From Acidimicrobiia bacterium (GTDB lineage Bacteria > Actinomycetota > Acidimicrobiia > Spongiisociales > UBA5794), in the NCBI GenBank assembly GCA_029939995.1, contig JAOZRW010000004.1, forward strand, positions 10,831 through 74,830: a stretch of 64,000 nucleotides of DNA, in the 5' to 3' direction. Every line of letters starts with the position of its first letter. The stretch's first letter is position 1. The notes beneath the pieces were generated by a model. It searched no databases. It was given only the letters and a program-made list of their open reading frames with translations, and was not told the DNA's origin. Made by a program: the position numbers and the translations under genes. Shown piece by piece: positions 29,089 to 38,706 of this stretch.

Positions 29089-29563
29089 AGGTCGGGGGGG
29101 TGAAACCGGTTTGACGCCAGGCTTCGTAGACGGCGATCGCCGCCGCGTTCGCGAGGTTGAGCGACCTGCCACCGCGTGCGATCGGGATGCGGAGCCGGTC
29201 CGTCACGGCCGGGTGCTCGATCACTGCAGCCGGGAGGCCGTCGGATTCGCGTCCGAACAGCAGCGCGTCGCCGGCCCGGTACTCGACGTCCGTGTAGAGC
29301 CGGTCGGCGTACTGAGTGAAGGCGAACACGCGGGCAGGTCGGACAACATCGAGGAACCCGGCGAAGTCGTCGTACGCGACAACGTCCGCGTACTCGCGGT
29401 AGTCGAGTCCGGCGCGACGGAGACGGGCGTCGTCGAGATCGAACCCGAGAGGCCGGATCAGATGGAGCCGGTTGCCCGTGTTGACGCACAGACGCATCAG
29501 GTTCCCGGTGTTCGGAGGGATCTCCGGCCGGTGCAACACGACGTCAAACACGGGGATCCTCAA
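29087..29563 (-). CDS. trmL: tRNA (cytidine/uridine-2'-O-)-methyltransferase TrmL (SpoU/TrmH family)
   Basis: 158 aa: VLHRPEIPPNTGNLMRLCVNTG...LLFGRESDGLP...IPIARGGRSLNLANAAAIAVYEAWRQ. Confidence 0.88.
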   Translation of the reverse strand: MRIPVFDVVLHRPEIPPNTGNLMRLCVNTGNRLHLIRPLGFDLDDARLRRAGLDYREYADVVAYDDFAGFLDVVRPARVFAFTQYADRLYTDVEYRAGDALLFGRESDGLPAAVIEHPAVTDRLRIPIARGGRSLNLANAAAIAVYEAWRQTGFTPPT

Positions 29564-29566
29564 TGG

Positions 29567-30166
29567 TCATCGATCGCCGCGGACCGACTTCTCGAGCAGG
29601 AGGAGGAACGACAGCGCCGGATCCTTCGACTGGATCGTCTGCGCCGCCGCCCAGTGCTCGGTGATGGTCCGGTGCATGAACCCGGTCAGGTCGCCGAGCA
29701 GCATCCACCGGTACTTCGCCGACCGCTTCATCGGCGGACGCGACCCGAACGACATCAGACGCACCCGTGCACCGGCGGGGTGCTCGGCTTCGCCGTCTTC
29801 GAGGAGCTGGTCGATCACCGCGACGATCCGCTCCTCGGGAACGGCGCCGAACCGGTTCAACGCCGCCCGGAGAACCTTCGGGTCACGCGCCGAGGCGTTG
29901 AGCTCGGCCCGCCCCTCCTTCACCTCGGCGATGATCAGATCGACACGGTCCAGATCGATGTCGAGCGCCGGATCGACGGAGAGCACGGAGAGCTCGGTGT
30001 CACTCCTCCCCCGACCGGCCCCCGGGATCCGCAGGGCGAGCATGTCGACGTCCGTGACCGATCGGTACTCGCCGTCATCCATCAGCTCGAGGATCGGATA
30101 CTCCGTGACGGTGAAGTACCCGTTCATGTAGAGATACGACTGGACGAGACCGACCGCTGTGTCCAT
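29567..30166 (-). CDS. Hypothetical protein with PD-(D/E)XK nuclease-like N-terminal motif pattern
   Basis: 199 aa. Ordered acidic/Lys motifs TVTEYP ... VTDVDMLAL ... DLIIAEVKEG fit E...D...ExK. I recognise no named family. The stop is 3 nt before the trmL start. Confidence 0.5.
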   Translation of the reverse strand: MDTAVGLVQSYLYMNGYFTVTEYPILELMDDGEYRSVTDVDMLALRIPGAGRGRSDTELSVLSVDPALDIDLDRVDLIIAEVKEGRAELNASARDPKVLRAALNRFGAVPEERIVAVIDQLLEDGEAEHPAGARVRLMSFGSRPPMKRSAKYRWMLLGDLTGFMHRTITEHWAAAQTIQSKDPALSFLLLLEKSVRGDR

Positions 30167-30187
30167 GCGTGACCCGCCTGCCGGGGA

Positions 30188-30475
30188 TCAGTACGTTGCG
30201 CCGGCGTACCGCTGACGGCGCCCGTACTCGCCCGACGAGTAGCTGGCGATGTCGACGAACAGGGCGAGACCGAGGATGATCCAGTCGAAGAACACGACAC
30301 CGCCCGGGAAGACCGCCACGTAGGCGAGGGTCGTCCACGGAAGGAACAGGAACCCGAGGAGCGGCACGAAGAAGTTCGAGAACGCGAGCTGCCATCGCGT
30401 CGAGTCCATCAGCCACCACACGAGGATCGCGAACCGCGGCCCGAAGATCATCAACGATGCGAAGAAACAGCACAT
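30188..30475 (-). CDS. Small (95-aa) three-TM membrane protein, hypothetical
   Basis: 3' part of ORF 30188..31315. ATG 30475 is preceded by GGGAGGGTCCGT. MCCFFASLMIFGPRFAILVWWLMD...LFLPWTTLAYVAVFPGGVVFFDWIILGLALFV. The rest of the long ORF is antisense to the acyl-CoA dehydrogenase gene. Confidence 0.6.
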   Translation of the reverse strand: MCCFFASLMIFGPRFAILVWWLMDSTRWQLAFSNFFVPLLGFLFLPWTTLAYVAVFPGGVVFFDWIILGLALFVDIASYSSGEYGRRQRYAGATY

Positions 30476-30531
30476 ACGGACCCTCCCATGGCCGATCGCA
30501 CAGATCCTAGCGGCGGCCGCCCGACGATGAT

Positions 30532-30546
30532 CCGATAGGCTATCGG
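30532..30546. promoter_or_regulatory. Perfect palindrome CCGATAG-G-CTATCGG overlapping a TAGGCT -10-like hexamer
   Basis: 7-1-7 inverted repeat 20 nt upstream of the acyl-CoA dehydrogenase GTG (30567), in the divergent gap. Candidate operator/promoter. Confidence 0.3.
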
Positions 30547-30566
30547 AGCCACACGAGGAGGGCCCG

Positions 30567-31703
30567 GTGGAGTTCAAAGAAGAGCACGTCGCTTTCCGCA
30601 AGGTCATGCGGGACTTCGCAGACGCGGAGATCGCACCCTTCGCCCGGGAATGGGATCGGACGAAGACGTTCCCCCTCGACGCCGTCGCCAAGATGGGCGA
30701 TCTCGGTCTCTTCGGCCTTCCGTTCGAGGAGCGGTACGGGGGCTCGGACTCCGACTTCACGACCCTCTGCATCGCCATCGAAGAGCTCGGCCGGGTCGAC
30801 CAGTCGATGGCGATCACCCTCGAAGCGGCCGTGGGACTCGGCATCAACCCGATCGCCGAATTCGGCACCGATGAGCAGAAGGAACGGTGGCTCCCCGACC
30901 TCGTCGAGGGGAGAGCCCTCGCTGCGTTCGGCCTCACCGAACCCGACGCGGGTTCGGATGCCGGCGCGACACGCACGAAAGCCGACCTCGTCGACGGGGA
31001 GTGGGTGATCAACGGGTCGAAGGCCTTCATCACCAACTCCGGGACCGACATCACGTCCCTCGTGACGATCACGGCTCGTACCGGTCCGGGCGAGATCTCG
31101 ACCATCGTCGTACCCACCGACACACCCGGATTCGAAGTCGAGCCGCCGTACGACAAGATGGGATGGCATGCGTCGGACACCCATCCGCTCCGCTTCGACG
31201 ACTGTCGCGTGCCCGAGGGGAACCTGCTCGGCGAGCGGGGCCAGGGGTTCCGCCAGTTCCTGTCAACGCTCGACGACGGACGGATCGCGATCGCTGCGCT
31301 CGCCGTCGGAGTCATCCAGTCGTGTCTCGAAGAGTCGATCGCCTACGCGAAGGAGCGCATCTCCTTCGGGAAGGAGATCGGCGCCTATCAGGCGATCGCG
31401 TTCAAGATCGCCGACCTCGAGGTCGCGGTCGAGGCCGCACGGCTCCTGACGTACAAGGCCGCGTGGTTGAAAGACACGGGCCGGCCGTACAAGCACGCCG
31501 CGGCCAGAGCCAAGCTGTTCGCCACCGAAGCGGCCGTCGACGCGACCCGCGAGGCGACACAGATCTTCGGCGGGTCCGGGTTCCTCAACGACTCGCCGGT
31601 CGCCCGTCACTACCGCGACGCCAAGGTGCTCGAGATCGGTGAGGGAACCAGCGAGATCCAGCGTCTCGTGATCGCACGGGGTCTCGGCCTCCCCGTTCGA
31701 TAG
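30567..31703 (+). CDS. Acyl-CoA dehydrogenase
   Basis: 378 aa. GTG after GAGGAGGG. GLTEPDAGSDAGATRTKA...WVINGSKAFITNSG...QIFGGSGFLNDSPVARHYRDAKVLEIGEGTSEIQR. Confidence 0.92.
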   Translation: MEFKEEHVAFRKVMRDFADAEIAPFAREWDRTKTFPLDAVAKMGDLGLFGLPFEERYGGSDSDFTTLCIAIEELGRVDQSMAITLEAAVGLGINPIAEFGTDEQKERWLPDLVEGRALAAFGLTEPDAGSDAGATRTKADLVDGEWVINGSKAFITNSGTDITSLVTITARTGPGEISTIVVPTDTPGFEVEPPYDKMGWHASDTHPLRFDDCRVPEGNLLGERGQGFRQFLSTLDDGRIAIAALAVGVIQSCLEESIAYAKERISFGKEIGAYQAIAFKIADLEVAVEAARLLTYKAAWLKDTGRPYKHAAARAKLFATEAAVDATREATQIFGGSGFLNDSPVARHYRDAKVLEIGEGTSEIQRLVIARGLGLPVR

Positions 31704-31723
31704 ATCACGCGACGAGAGCCGGG

Positions 31724-32431
31724 CTACCGAACGCCGGTCCCGTCCTCGAGGGCCTGCCTGGCGGCGTCCTGTTCCGCCCGCTTCTTCGACGTCCCGGTTC
31801 CGGTGGCAAGATCCTCCCCCGACGACCGCACCGTGGCCGTGAAGACCTTCGCATGCTGCGGGCCGGTCTCGGTGACGAGATACTCGACGTCCCTCCCCGC
31901 CGCGACCAGGACCTCCTGGAGGCGTGTCTTGTAGTCGGTTCTCCCGGGCGCGGCCGACCGGTCACCGATCATCGGCTGCCAATGCTCCCGCACGACCTGT
32001 TCGACGCGGCCGAAACCGGCCTCGAGATACACGGCGGCGAGGATCGACTCGACGACGTCGGACAGGATCGATCGCTTCTCACGCCCACCGGTGGCCTCTT
32101 CTCCGCGTCCGAGGAGGATCAGGTCGGCGACACCCCACGTCCGGGCGACCGAGGCGAGGGCCTGCTCGGAGACGACGCCGGCCCGCATCAACGTCATCCG
32201 CCCTTCGGACGCATCCGGGAACTCGTCGAAGAGGTAGCGGGTGACGGCGAGCTCCAGCACGGCGTCGCCGAGGAACTCGAGCCGCTGGTAGTCGGAGCTT
32301 CCAGGATGCTCGGATGCGTACGACGGATGCGTCAGCGCCGTCGTCAGCAGGTTCTCGTCGACGACGCGATAGCCGATCGATGATCCGAGCGACTCTGCGG
32401 CCTCCGTCGGATCGAATCCCCGATCGGTCAC
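31724..32431 (-). CDS. rnc: Ribonuclease III
   Basis: 235 aa: YQRLEFLGDAVLELAV signature plus a C-terminal dsRBD. Confidence 0.95.
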   Translation of the reverse strand: MTDRGFDPTEAAESLGSSIGYRVVDENLLTTALTHPSYASEHPGSSDYQRLEFLGDAVLELAVTRYLFDEFPDASEGRMTLMRAGVVSEQALASVARTWGVADLILLGRGEEATGGREKRSILSDVVESILAAVYLEAGFGRVEQVVREHWQPMIGDRSAAPGRTDYKTRLQEVLVAAGRDVEYLVTETGPQHAKVFTATVRSSGEDLATGTGTSKKRAEQDAARQALEDGTGVR

Positions 32432-33405
32432 GTTGCGCTGCGTCCGATACCTTCGGCGATCATGCCGACGAGGTTACGCCGCGCGCCTTCGGCGGCCATC
32501 GCCGCCGCGTTCGCCACGGCACGATGCGACGCCGCACCGTGTGAGATCACGACGACGCCCTTGGTTCCTACGAGATGTGCTCCGCCGATCGTTTCCGGGT
32601 CGATCTGCTGGCGCAGCTTCATGAACGCCGGCATGAGCTCGGCGAGCGCCGTCTGGTATTGGTCTTCCTGGAGGGTTTCGAGCAGGAACCGGAACAGCGC
32701 ACGACTGGTCCCCTCGCCCGTCTTGAGCAGCACGTTGCCGGTGAATCCGTCCGTGACGAAGACGTCGGCCCGGTTCCTGCCGAGATCCCGTCCCTCGACG
32801 TTCCCGACGAAGTCGATGACATCGATCGCATCGAGCAGTGCGTGGGCGGCTCGTTCGACTTCCCGTCCCTTGCCGGCCTCTTCGCCGATGTTGAGCAGCC
32901 CGACGCGTGGGCTGTCGATGCCGAGGAAGACCTCCGCGACGGCGCTCCCCATGACACCGAACTGGGCGAGCTGCTCGGGACGCACTTCGAGGTTCGCTCC
33001 CACGTCGAGCACCACCTCTCGGGTGGGGAAGACCGAAGCGATCGCCGGGCGCGACACGCCGGGGAGACGGCCGATCACGAAGGCGGCGGCTGCAAGCGCA
33101 GCGCCGGTCGAACCGGCGGAGATCAGCGCTTCCGCCTCGCCTTCGCGGATGAGGCGGGCGGCCACCATGATGGACGCGTCCTTCTTCTCACGCACGGCGC
33201 GCGCCGCGTCCTCGTGCATCTCGATGACTTCGGAGGCATGAACGATGGGGAGGTCGGCTTCGAACCGGTCGAGGATCGGAGTGATCTGGTTCCGGTCGCC
33301 GACGAGTACGACGTCGACACCGTCGGCCGCCGCGTCGATCGCGCCGCGGACGACTTCGATGGGGGCATGATCGCCGCCCATGGCATCAACGACGACCGTG
33401 GCCAT
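32428..33405 (-). CDS. plsX: Phosphate acyltransferase PlsX
   Basis: Internal ATG 33405: MATVVVDAMGGDHAPIEVVRGAI... The stop overlaps the rnc start. Confidence 0.93.
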   Translation of the reverse strand: MATVVVDAMGGDHAPIEVVRGAIDAAADGVDVVLVGDRNQITPILDRFEADLPIVHASEVIEMHEDAARAVREKKDASIMVAARLIREGEAEALISAGSTGAALAAAAFVIGRLPGVSRPAIASVFPTREVVLDVGANLEVRPEQLAQFGVMGSAVAEVFLGIDSPRVGLLNIGEEAGKGREVERAAHALLDAIDVIDFVGNVEGRDLGRNRADVFVTDGFTGNVLLKTGEGTSRALFRFLLETLQEDQYQTALAELMPAFMKLRQQIDPETIGGAHLVGTKGVVVISHGAASHRAVANAAAMAAEGARRNLVGMIAEGIGRSAT

Positions 33406-33412
33406 CGGCGGG

Positions 33413-33589
33413 TCAGGCTTCTGCGATGATCTCGCGACCGTTGTAGCTGCCACATTCGTGGCACACCCGGTGCGGTACGTGCTTGGCGCCGCACTGGCTG
33501 CAGGTGGCAACCGTCGGGGCGGATACCTTCCACTGTGCTTTACGACGTCGCGTGCGTGATCGCGACATCTTCTTCTTGGGGACGGCCAT
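33413..33589 (-). CDS. rpmF: 50S ribosomal protein L32
   Basis: Internal Met: MAVPKKKMSRSRTRRRKAQWKVSAPTVATCSQCGAKHVPHRVCHECGSYNGR. Confidence 0.95.
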   Translation of the reverse strand: MAVPKKKMSRSRTRRRKAQWKVSAPTVATCSQCGAKHVPHRVCHECGSYNGREIIAEA

Positions 33590-33608
33590 TTGGGGGAACC
33601 TCGTTTCG

Positions 33609-34112
33609 TCAGTCCTCCGGCGGGAGGAGATCGCGCAGCACCGCAAACGGTGAACCTGCGTCGTTCGCATCGCCCGAAGGATCGGTATTCAAGTCCGTTT
33701 CTGGTGTACTCACAAGTCCTTCGCACGATTCGCTGCAAATCGGCAGGAGCGGGAGGCCGAGGAGCGTCTCATCTCTCAGGAACGGCTCGAGGTCGATCGA
33801 TGTCCCGACGATCGGGTACGCATCCTCCCCCGGGTCCGTTTCGAACAGTCCGGCGACCGGGTCGCAGCCGTCGTCGACGAACGCCGTGAGACAGCGCCGG
33901 CAGGTGTGCTCGACGCTGTAGCACACCTCCCCTCTGACCAGGATCCCGCCGGGAACGGGCCCGAGGGCGAGATCGGCGACGAGCGGCGGTTCGGTGAGGA
34001 TGCGGCTCATCTCCAGCTTCCAGTCGACGGAGACCTCGATCGATATCTCGCGCGGCGGAACGTCTCTTCCGAGCAGATCGGAGACATCGACGAGAAACGG
34101 TGGGCGGTTCAT
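33609..34112 (-). CDS. yceD: YceD/DUF177 family protein (large-subunit ribosomal maturation associated)
   Basis: Internal Met 34112: MNRPPFLVDVSDLLGRDV...; Cys motifs CRRC ... CSESCEGL. Immediately upstream of rpmF. Confidence 0.85.
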   Translation of the reverse strand: MNRPPFLVDVSDLLGRDVPPREISIEVSVDWKLEMSRILTEPPLVADLALGPVPGGILVRGEVCYSVEHTCRRCLTAFVDDGCDPVAGLFETDPGEDAYPIVGTSIDLEPFLRDETLLGLPLLPICSESCEGLVSTPETDLNTDPSGDANDAGSPFAVLRDLLPPED

Positions 34113-34153
34113 TCCGGGTTCCTGTCTGCGCGGCGAAGCCTCGCTGCGCTCGC

Positions 34154-34678
34154 TCACTGGCTGATCGGCGGCTCCGGTTGGGCGGGCAGCGTCTGGTGGA
34201 GTTCCGCCCGGGCTTCGCGAACGTACCGGAGGAGCTCTCCGAGAACCTGTTCCGCTTCGGCGAGATGCCGTTCGGCGAAGTCCTCGGCTTCCAGACGGAT
34301 TCGCCGCGCTTCCGTTTCGGCGTTCCGGACGAGCGTATTCGCCTCCTCGACCGCCTCCTGGACGATGTACGACTCGGAGACGAGCTGCTCGGAACGCGCT
34401 TTCGCGTCGGCAACGACCTCGCGTGCCTTCTCGTTGGTCCGGGCGATGTACGCCTCGCGTTCGCGAACCATCCACCGGGCGGCGCGCAGTTCTTCGGGGA
34501 GCCCCGCCTGGATCCGTGCGAGCTCGTCGAGCATCTCGTCCTGGTTGATCATGACGCTGCTCGACAGCGGGACCTGTCTGGCGTTCTCGATCTCGATCAT
34601 CAGCCGATCGATCATGTCGAGCAGCCCACCAGGCACGGGCGGCGGCGGTTGCGGATGGTCGGGGTGCTCCATGGTCAT
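34154..34678 (-). CDS. SepIVA-like (Rv2927c family) DivIVA-related coiled-coil protein
   Basis: ATG 34678 overlaps the coaD stop (ATGA). LDMIDRLMIEIENARQVPLSSSVMINQDEMLDELARIQAGLPEELRAA resembles the N-terminus of mycobacterial SepIVA. Long Ala/Glu/Arg coiled coil. Confidence 0.7.
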   Translation of the reverse strand: MTMEHPDHPQPPPPVPGGLLDMIDRLMIEIENARQVPLSSSVMINQDEMLDELARIQAGLPEELRAARWMVREREAYIARTNEKAREVVADAKARSEQLVSESYIVQEAVEEANTLVRNAETEARRIRLEAEDFAERHLAEAEQVLGELLRYVREARAELHQTLPAQPEPPISQ

Positions 34679-35148
34679 GCGTAACGCTCCTTCATCGCTG
34701 CAGCGACACTCGCAGGCACCAGTGCGTCGACGGCTCCGCCGAGACGGGACACTTCCTTGACGAGGGAGGAGGATAGATACCCGTACTCCGGCTTGGTCGC
34801 CACGAACAGCGTGACGATCCCCGACAGGTGGCGGTTCATCTGCGACATCTGGAACTCGTAGTCGAAATCGGTCATGGCGCGCAGGCCTTTGACGATCACG
34901 TCGGCGCCGGTCTGTTTCGCATAGTCGACGAGGAGTCCGCCGAACGAGCCGATCCTGACCGTCTTCCACTCCGAGCAGAGCTCGGTGAGCATCGCGATCC
35001 GTTCGGCTTCATCGAAGAGCGGGTCCTTCGACGGGTTCTTGATGACGGCCACGATGACCTCGTCGAAGATCCCGGTGCACCGTTCGATCACGTCGAGGTG
35101 TCCGTTGGTTGGGGGATCGAAACTCCCCGGCACGAGGGCAGCCGTCAC
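34675..35148 (-). CDS. coaD: Phosphopantetheine adenylyltransferase
   Basis: 157 aa: ALVPGSFDPPTNGHLDVIER. Confidence 0.95.
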   Translation of the reverse strand: MTAALVPGSFDPPTNGHLDVIERCTGIFDEVIVAVIKNPSKDPLFDEAERIAMLTELCSEWKTVRIGSFGGLLVDYAKQTGADVIVKGLRAMTDFDYEFQMSQMNRHLSGIVTLFVATKPEYGYLSSSLVKEVSRLGGAVDALVPASVAAAMKERYA

Positions 35149-35681
35149 CGTTGCTCCTTTTCGAGAATCCAGATCTCACTGTCACCGTACCGTCTCGGTT
35201 CGGCGCCATGCAGGTTATCCGATTTCGGGGGCGATCCCCCGGCACGTCGATGGATGAGGACGATTCCGTGTGCGGGGACGCGTTCGTCGACGAGACCGAG
35301 GATCCGATCGACCTCCGAATCCGCCATCGCGAACGGGGGGTCGATGAACACGAGCTCGTACGTTCCCCGATCTCTCGTGAGGAACGGCACGACGCCCGAG
35401 CGGACGACGGTGCCGCCGAGGCCGACGGCCGCGACGTTCTGTTCGAGGATGCGAACCGCCGCCCGGTCTTGCTCGACGAACACGACGCTTGCGGCCCCGC
35501 GGCTCATCGCTTCGAGGCCCAGCGATCCGCTCCCCGCGAACAGGTCGAGGACCGCCGCCTCCACGACGCGACCCCCCATCACCGAGAAAACCGCTTCCCG
35601 GGCCCTGCCGGTGAACGGGCGGGTGCCGCTGCGCGGCGCCGCGAGCTTCCGGCCTTTCGCCTCCCCCGCGATGATCCTCAT
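35145..35681 (-). CDS. rsmD: 16S rRNA (guanine966-N2)-methyltransferase
   Basis: MRIIAGEAKGRKL...LDLFAGSGSLGLEAMSRGA...FIDPPF. ATG 35681 lies 2 nt after the recG stop. Alternative ATG 35702. Confidence 0.88.
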   Translation of the reverse strand: MRIIAGEAKGRKLAAPRSGTRPFTGRAREAVFSVMGGRVVEAAVLDLFAGSGSLGLEAMSRGAASVVFVEQDRAAVRILEQNVAAVGLGGTVVRSGVVPFLTRDRGTYELVFIDPPFAMADSEVDRILGLVDERVPAHGIVLIHRRAGGSPPKSDNLHGAEPRRYGDSEIWILEKEQR

Positions 35682-35683
35682 CT

Positions 35684-37876
35684 TCAGCTCCTCGTCAGCC
35701 ATTGTGCCGACTCGCCGAACAAGCACGCAACTTCGTGCATCACCGCTTCGACGAACGGGCCGTTCGGGTCGGCCTCCACCGCCTCCGCGGCGACGAGGCT
35801 GGCGGCCTCCAGGATCTCCCGATCGTGAAGGATGTCCCCGAGCCGGAGATCGGCGACCCCCGACTGGGCTCCGCCGAACACGGTTCCCTGGCCGCGGATC
35901 TCCAGGTCGATCTCGGCGAGTCTGAACCCGTCGTCCGTCGCCATCATCGCATCGATGCGCTGCTGCCCTTCGACGGTGGTCGGGTCCGCGGCGAGGATGC
36001 AGGCCCCGCCGTGCTCACCCCGCCCGACACGGCCGCGAAGCTGGTGGAGCTGGCTCAGGCCGAACCGGTCGGCGCTTCGGATGATCATCAGCGTCGCGTT
36101 GGGGACGTCGATCCCTACTTCGATCACCGTGGTGGCGACGAGGACGTCGACCTCCCCGGCACGCACGCGGTGCATCACCGCGGACTTCTCGTCGGATCTC
36201 ATCTGACCGTGGAGAAGCTCGCATCGGATTCCCGGCAGCGCGTTTCGCAGCCGTGCATACTCCGTCGTCGCCGATCTGGCATCGATCTTGTCGGAGTCCT
36301 CGACGAGCGGGCAGACGACGAAGACCTGGCGGCCTTCGGCCACGGTCCGCCGGATCCGCTCGTCGATCTCGTGATCGGCCGCGTCCGGGATCGTCTCGGT
36401 GGTGACACCGGCACGACCCGGCGGCATCTCCTTGATGGTCGAGACTTCGAGATCGCCGTAGACGGTCATCGCGAGCGTTCGCGGGATCGGAGTCGCGGTC
36501 ATGAGCAGGAGGTCGGGAACGCCTCCGGTCGTGTTCTCGTCGCGCAGCACGACACGCTGCTCCACGCCGAAGCGGTGCTGCTCGTCGACCACGGCGATGC
36601 CGAGCGAGTGGAAACTCACGCCGGACTGGATCAGCGCCTGGGTGCCGAACGCGATGTCGATCGTGCCGTCCTGGAGCCATTCGATGCCCCGCGAACGCGA
36701 AACGTCCCCGGAGACGAAGTTGGTGGTGACTTTGCTGCTCGTGAAGAGCCCGATCCGGACGCCGCGGGTCGTCGTCGGCTCTGCACCGAACAGCGAAGCC
36801 GTGTTCGCCGCTCCCGTTTCGATGAGCGGGGGGGCCAGGCCGGCGTCCTCCAATGCCAGTTCGGTCCCGAGGTAGTGCTGGGTCGCGAGCACCTCGGTCG
36901 GCGCCATGACCGCTCCCTGATGACCGCTCTCGACGGAGGTGAGGAGCGCGAGGACGACGACCACCGTCTTTCCCGATCCCACCTCGCCCTGGAGGAGGCG
37001 GTGCATCGGTCGCGGTTTCGCCATGTCGTCGAGGATCCTCGCCGTCACCGTCTCCTGATCGGACGTGAGCCGGTACGGAAGCGCTTCGAGGAACCGGTGA
37101 TACAGCTCGCCTTCGACGGAGTTCTGGACACCGATCTGCGACTCGAACTCGTCGTACGCCCGCGTCCGGAACGCCATCTGGATCCGGAGGAACTCGTCGA
37201 AGATGAGTCGCCTCCTGGCGCGTTCGACCTCTCCGATGTCGTCGGGGAAGTGGATGCCGGCGAACGCCTCGTCCCTCCCGATGAGGTTCAGCCGGTCGAG
37301 CACCTCGACCGGGACGATATCGGTGATCGGGCGCGATCGGCGCAGGGCGTTGTCCATCGAGGCGAGGAGTTTCTGCGACGCCATGCCCCCGACCTTCGGA
37401 TAGATCGGCATCACCCTCCCCGTCACGAGGGAGCCCTCTCCACCGAACCGCCCGACGTCGGGCGCTTTCATCTGGAGCCGGCCGCGGAACAGTTCCGCCT
37501 TGCCCGAGAGAACGACTTCCTCGCCTTCGCCGATCTTCAGGTACGGGTTGAACCAGACGGCCGTGAGCGTGCTCGTCCCGTCGCCGATCACGGCCTCGAT
37601 CATCGTGCGGTTCCTCGAGATCCGCCGCCGCGATACGTGCCGGACGACACCGCCGACCGTCACCTCCTCGCCGAGCGGGACCGATGACAGATCGAAGAGT
37701 TGCGAACGATCGAGGTATCGCCTCGGGACGTGGAGGAGGAGATGGGCGACGGATGCGATTCCGTCTTCGTTGAGCTTCCTCGCCCGGACCGTGCCGATGC
37801 CCTTGACGCGGTCGACGGGCACCTCGGTGAGGTACACGAGACTTCGCCCCGCTCGCTGGTCGCCGACGTCTGTCAT
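35684..37876 (-). CDS. recG: ATP-dependent DNA helicase RecG
   Basis: 730 aa. Wedge/OB domain, Walker [21 protein letters not shown], and C-terminal helicase motifs [12 protein letters not shown]. Confidence 0.95.
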   Translation of the reverse strand: MTDVGDQRAGRSLVYLTEVPVDRVKGIGTVRARKLNEDGIASVAHLLLHVPRRYLDRSQLFDLSSVPLGEEVTVGGVVRHVSRRRISRNRTMIEAVIGDGTSTLTAVWFNPYLKIGEGEEVVLSGKAELFRGRLQMKAPDVGRFGGEGSLVTGRVMPIYPKVGGMASQKLLASMDNALRRSRPITDIVPVEVLDRLNLIGRDEAFAGIHFPDDIGEVERARRRLIFDEFLRIQMAFRTRAYDEFESQIGVQNSVEGELYHRFLEALPYRLTSDQETVTARILDDMAKPRPMHRLLQGEVGSGKTVVVVLALLTSVESGHQGAVMAPTEVLATQHYLGTELALEDAGLAPPLIETGAANTASLFGAEPTTTRGVRIGLFTSSKVTTNFVSGDVSRSRGIEWLQDGTIDIAFGTQALIQSGVSFHSLGIAVVDEQHRFGVEQRVVLRDENTTGGVPDLLLMTATPIPRTLAMTVYGDLEVSTIKEMPPGRAGVTTETIPDAADHEIDERIRRTVAEGRQVFVVCPLVEDSDKIDARSATTEYARLRNALPGIRCELLHGQMRSDEKSAVMHRVRAGEVDVLVATTVIEVGIDVPNATLMIIRSADRFGLSQLHQLRGRVGRGEHGGACILAADPTTVEGQQRIDAMMATDDGFRLAEIDLEIRGQGTVFGGAQSGVADLRLGDILHDREILEAASLVAAEAVEADPNGPFVEAVMHEVACLFGESAQWLTRS

Positions 37877-37962
37877 GCCCCCATGATGGTCCGTTGCGGA
37901 TCGAAGATCGTTGTCCGGTGGACCCTGCTAGCCTCCCAGATCACCTCAGGAGGTTCCCCCAC

Positions 37963-38151
37963 ATGTCATATCGGTGTGAAGTCTGCGGCAAAGAGCCGTG
38001 GTTCGGCAAGCAGGTCAGCTTCTCGCACAAGCGCTCCAGTCGCCGGTGGCTTCCCAACATCCAGCGCGTCCGCGTCCGCGACGGCAGCAACTCGAAGCGC
38101 ATTCGCGTTTGCACGTCGTGCATCAAGGCCGGCAAAGTCGAAAAGGTCTAG
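37963..38151 (+). CDS. rpmB: 50S ribosomal protein L28
   Basis: Internal ATG after CAGGAGG: [38 protein letters not shown]. Confidence 0.93.
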   Translation: MSYRCEVCGKEPWFGKQVSFSHKRSSRRWLPNIQRVRVRDGSNSKRIRVCTSCIKAGKVEKV

Positions 38152-38155
38152 CGCC

Positions 38156-38368
38156 ATGCAGGGTGTCGTCAAGGTCTACGATCCCCGCTCCGGTGTCGGT
38201 GTGATCGTTCGCGACGACGACCGGTCCGAGGTGTACCTCCGCCCCGGCTCTCTCGAAGGATCCATGTTCCGCATGCTCAGGGCGGGCCAGCGTGTCATCT
38301 TCACCACGCACGAGGACGAGGGCCGCCTCTACGCCTCCGATCTCCGCTTCGGAGCAGACGGGTACTGA
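38156..38368 (+). CDS. Small OB-fold/cold-shock-domain-like protein (70 aa)
   Basis: ATG 4 nt after the rpmB stop. MQGVVKVYDPRSGVGVIVRDDDRSEVYLRPGSLEGSMFRMLRAGQRVIF resembles the CSD pattern GxVKxxxxxxGxGFIxxDDG..xxFxH. Confidence 0.55.
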   Translation: MQGVVKVYDPRSGVGVIVRDDDRSEVYLRPGSLEGSMFRMLRAGQRVIFTTHEDEGRLYASDLRFGADGY

Positions 38369-38417
38369 CCGTCGGTTCGCTCCGGTACACTGGCCTCCAC
38401 GAGCAGAGGAGGACATC

Positions 38418-38651
38418 GTGGTTCGAGCCTACGTCCTGATCCAAACCGATACCGGCCGTGCAGCCGACGTCGCTCACGCCATCCGTGGACTGGCGGGTGT
38501 CATCTCCACCGAGGCGGTGACCGGCCCGTACGACGTCGTCGTCTTGGTCGAAGCGACCGATGTGGACGCTCTCGGCCAACTGGTGGTCTCATCCGTCCAG
38601 CCGGTGGAGGGAATCGTCCGCACGCTGACCTGCCCCGTGATCAACATCTAG
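38418..38651 (+). CDS. Lrp/AsnC ligand-binding-domain-only small protein
   Basis: GTG after GAGGAGGACATC. VVRAYVLIQTDTGRAADVAHAIRGLAGVISTEAVTGPYDVVVLVEA (RAM/AsnC_trans_reg fold pattern). Confidence 0.65.
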   Translation: MVRAYVLIQTDTGRAADVAHAIRGLAGVISTEAVTGPYDVVVLVEATDVDALGQLVVSSVQPVEGIVRTLTCPVINI

Positions 38652-38653
38652 CA

Positions 38654-38684
38654 GACGTCTCCCGACCGTAATTGGGGAGTCGTC
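38654..38684. terminator. Imperfect hairpin GACGTCTCCC-N10-GGGGAGTCGTC between convergent genes
   Basis: Lies in the 55-nt gap between the AsnC-like gene (+) and ddl (-). One mismatch in the stem and no clear U-tract. Confidence 0.3.
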
Positions 38685-38706
38685 GTCATGACGCGACCGC
38701 TGAAGT

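Noticed and set aside
27737-29172. ORF 27737..28480 and the N-terminal 207 codons of ORF 27820..29172
   Set aside because: The first is an Arg-rich frame overlapping the GNAT gene. The second reads through the thioesterase gene and repeat A. The GNAT homology begins at Met 28551, which overlaps the upstream stop (ATGA).
30476-31315. Upstream 280 codons of ORF 30188..31315
   Set aside because: Antisense to the acyl-CoA dehydrogenase gene. Only the last 95 codons (hydrophobic, with a Shine-Dalgarno) look like a real small membrane protein.
35702-37687. 661-aa plus-strand ORF
   Set aside because: Antisense to recG. Same shadow-ORF composition.
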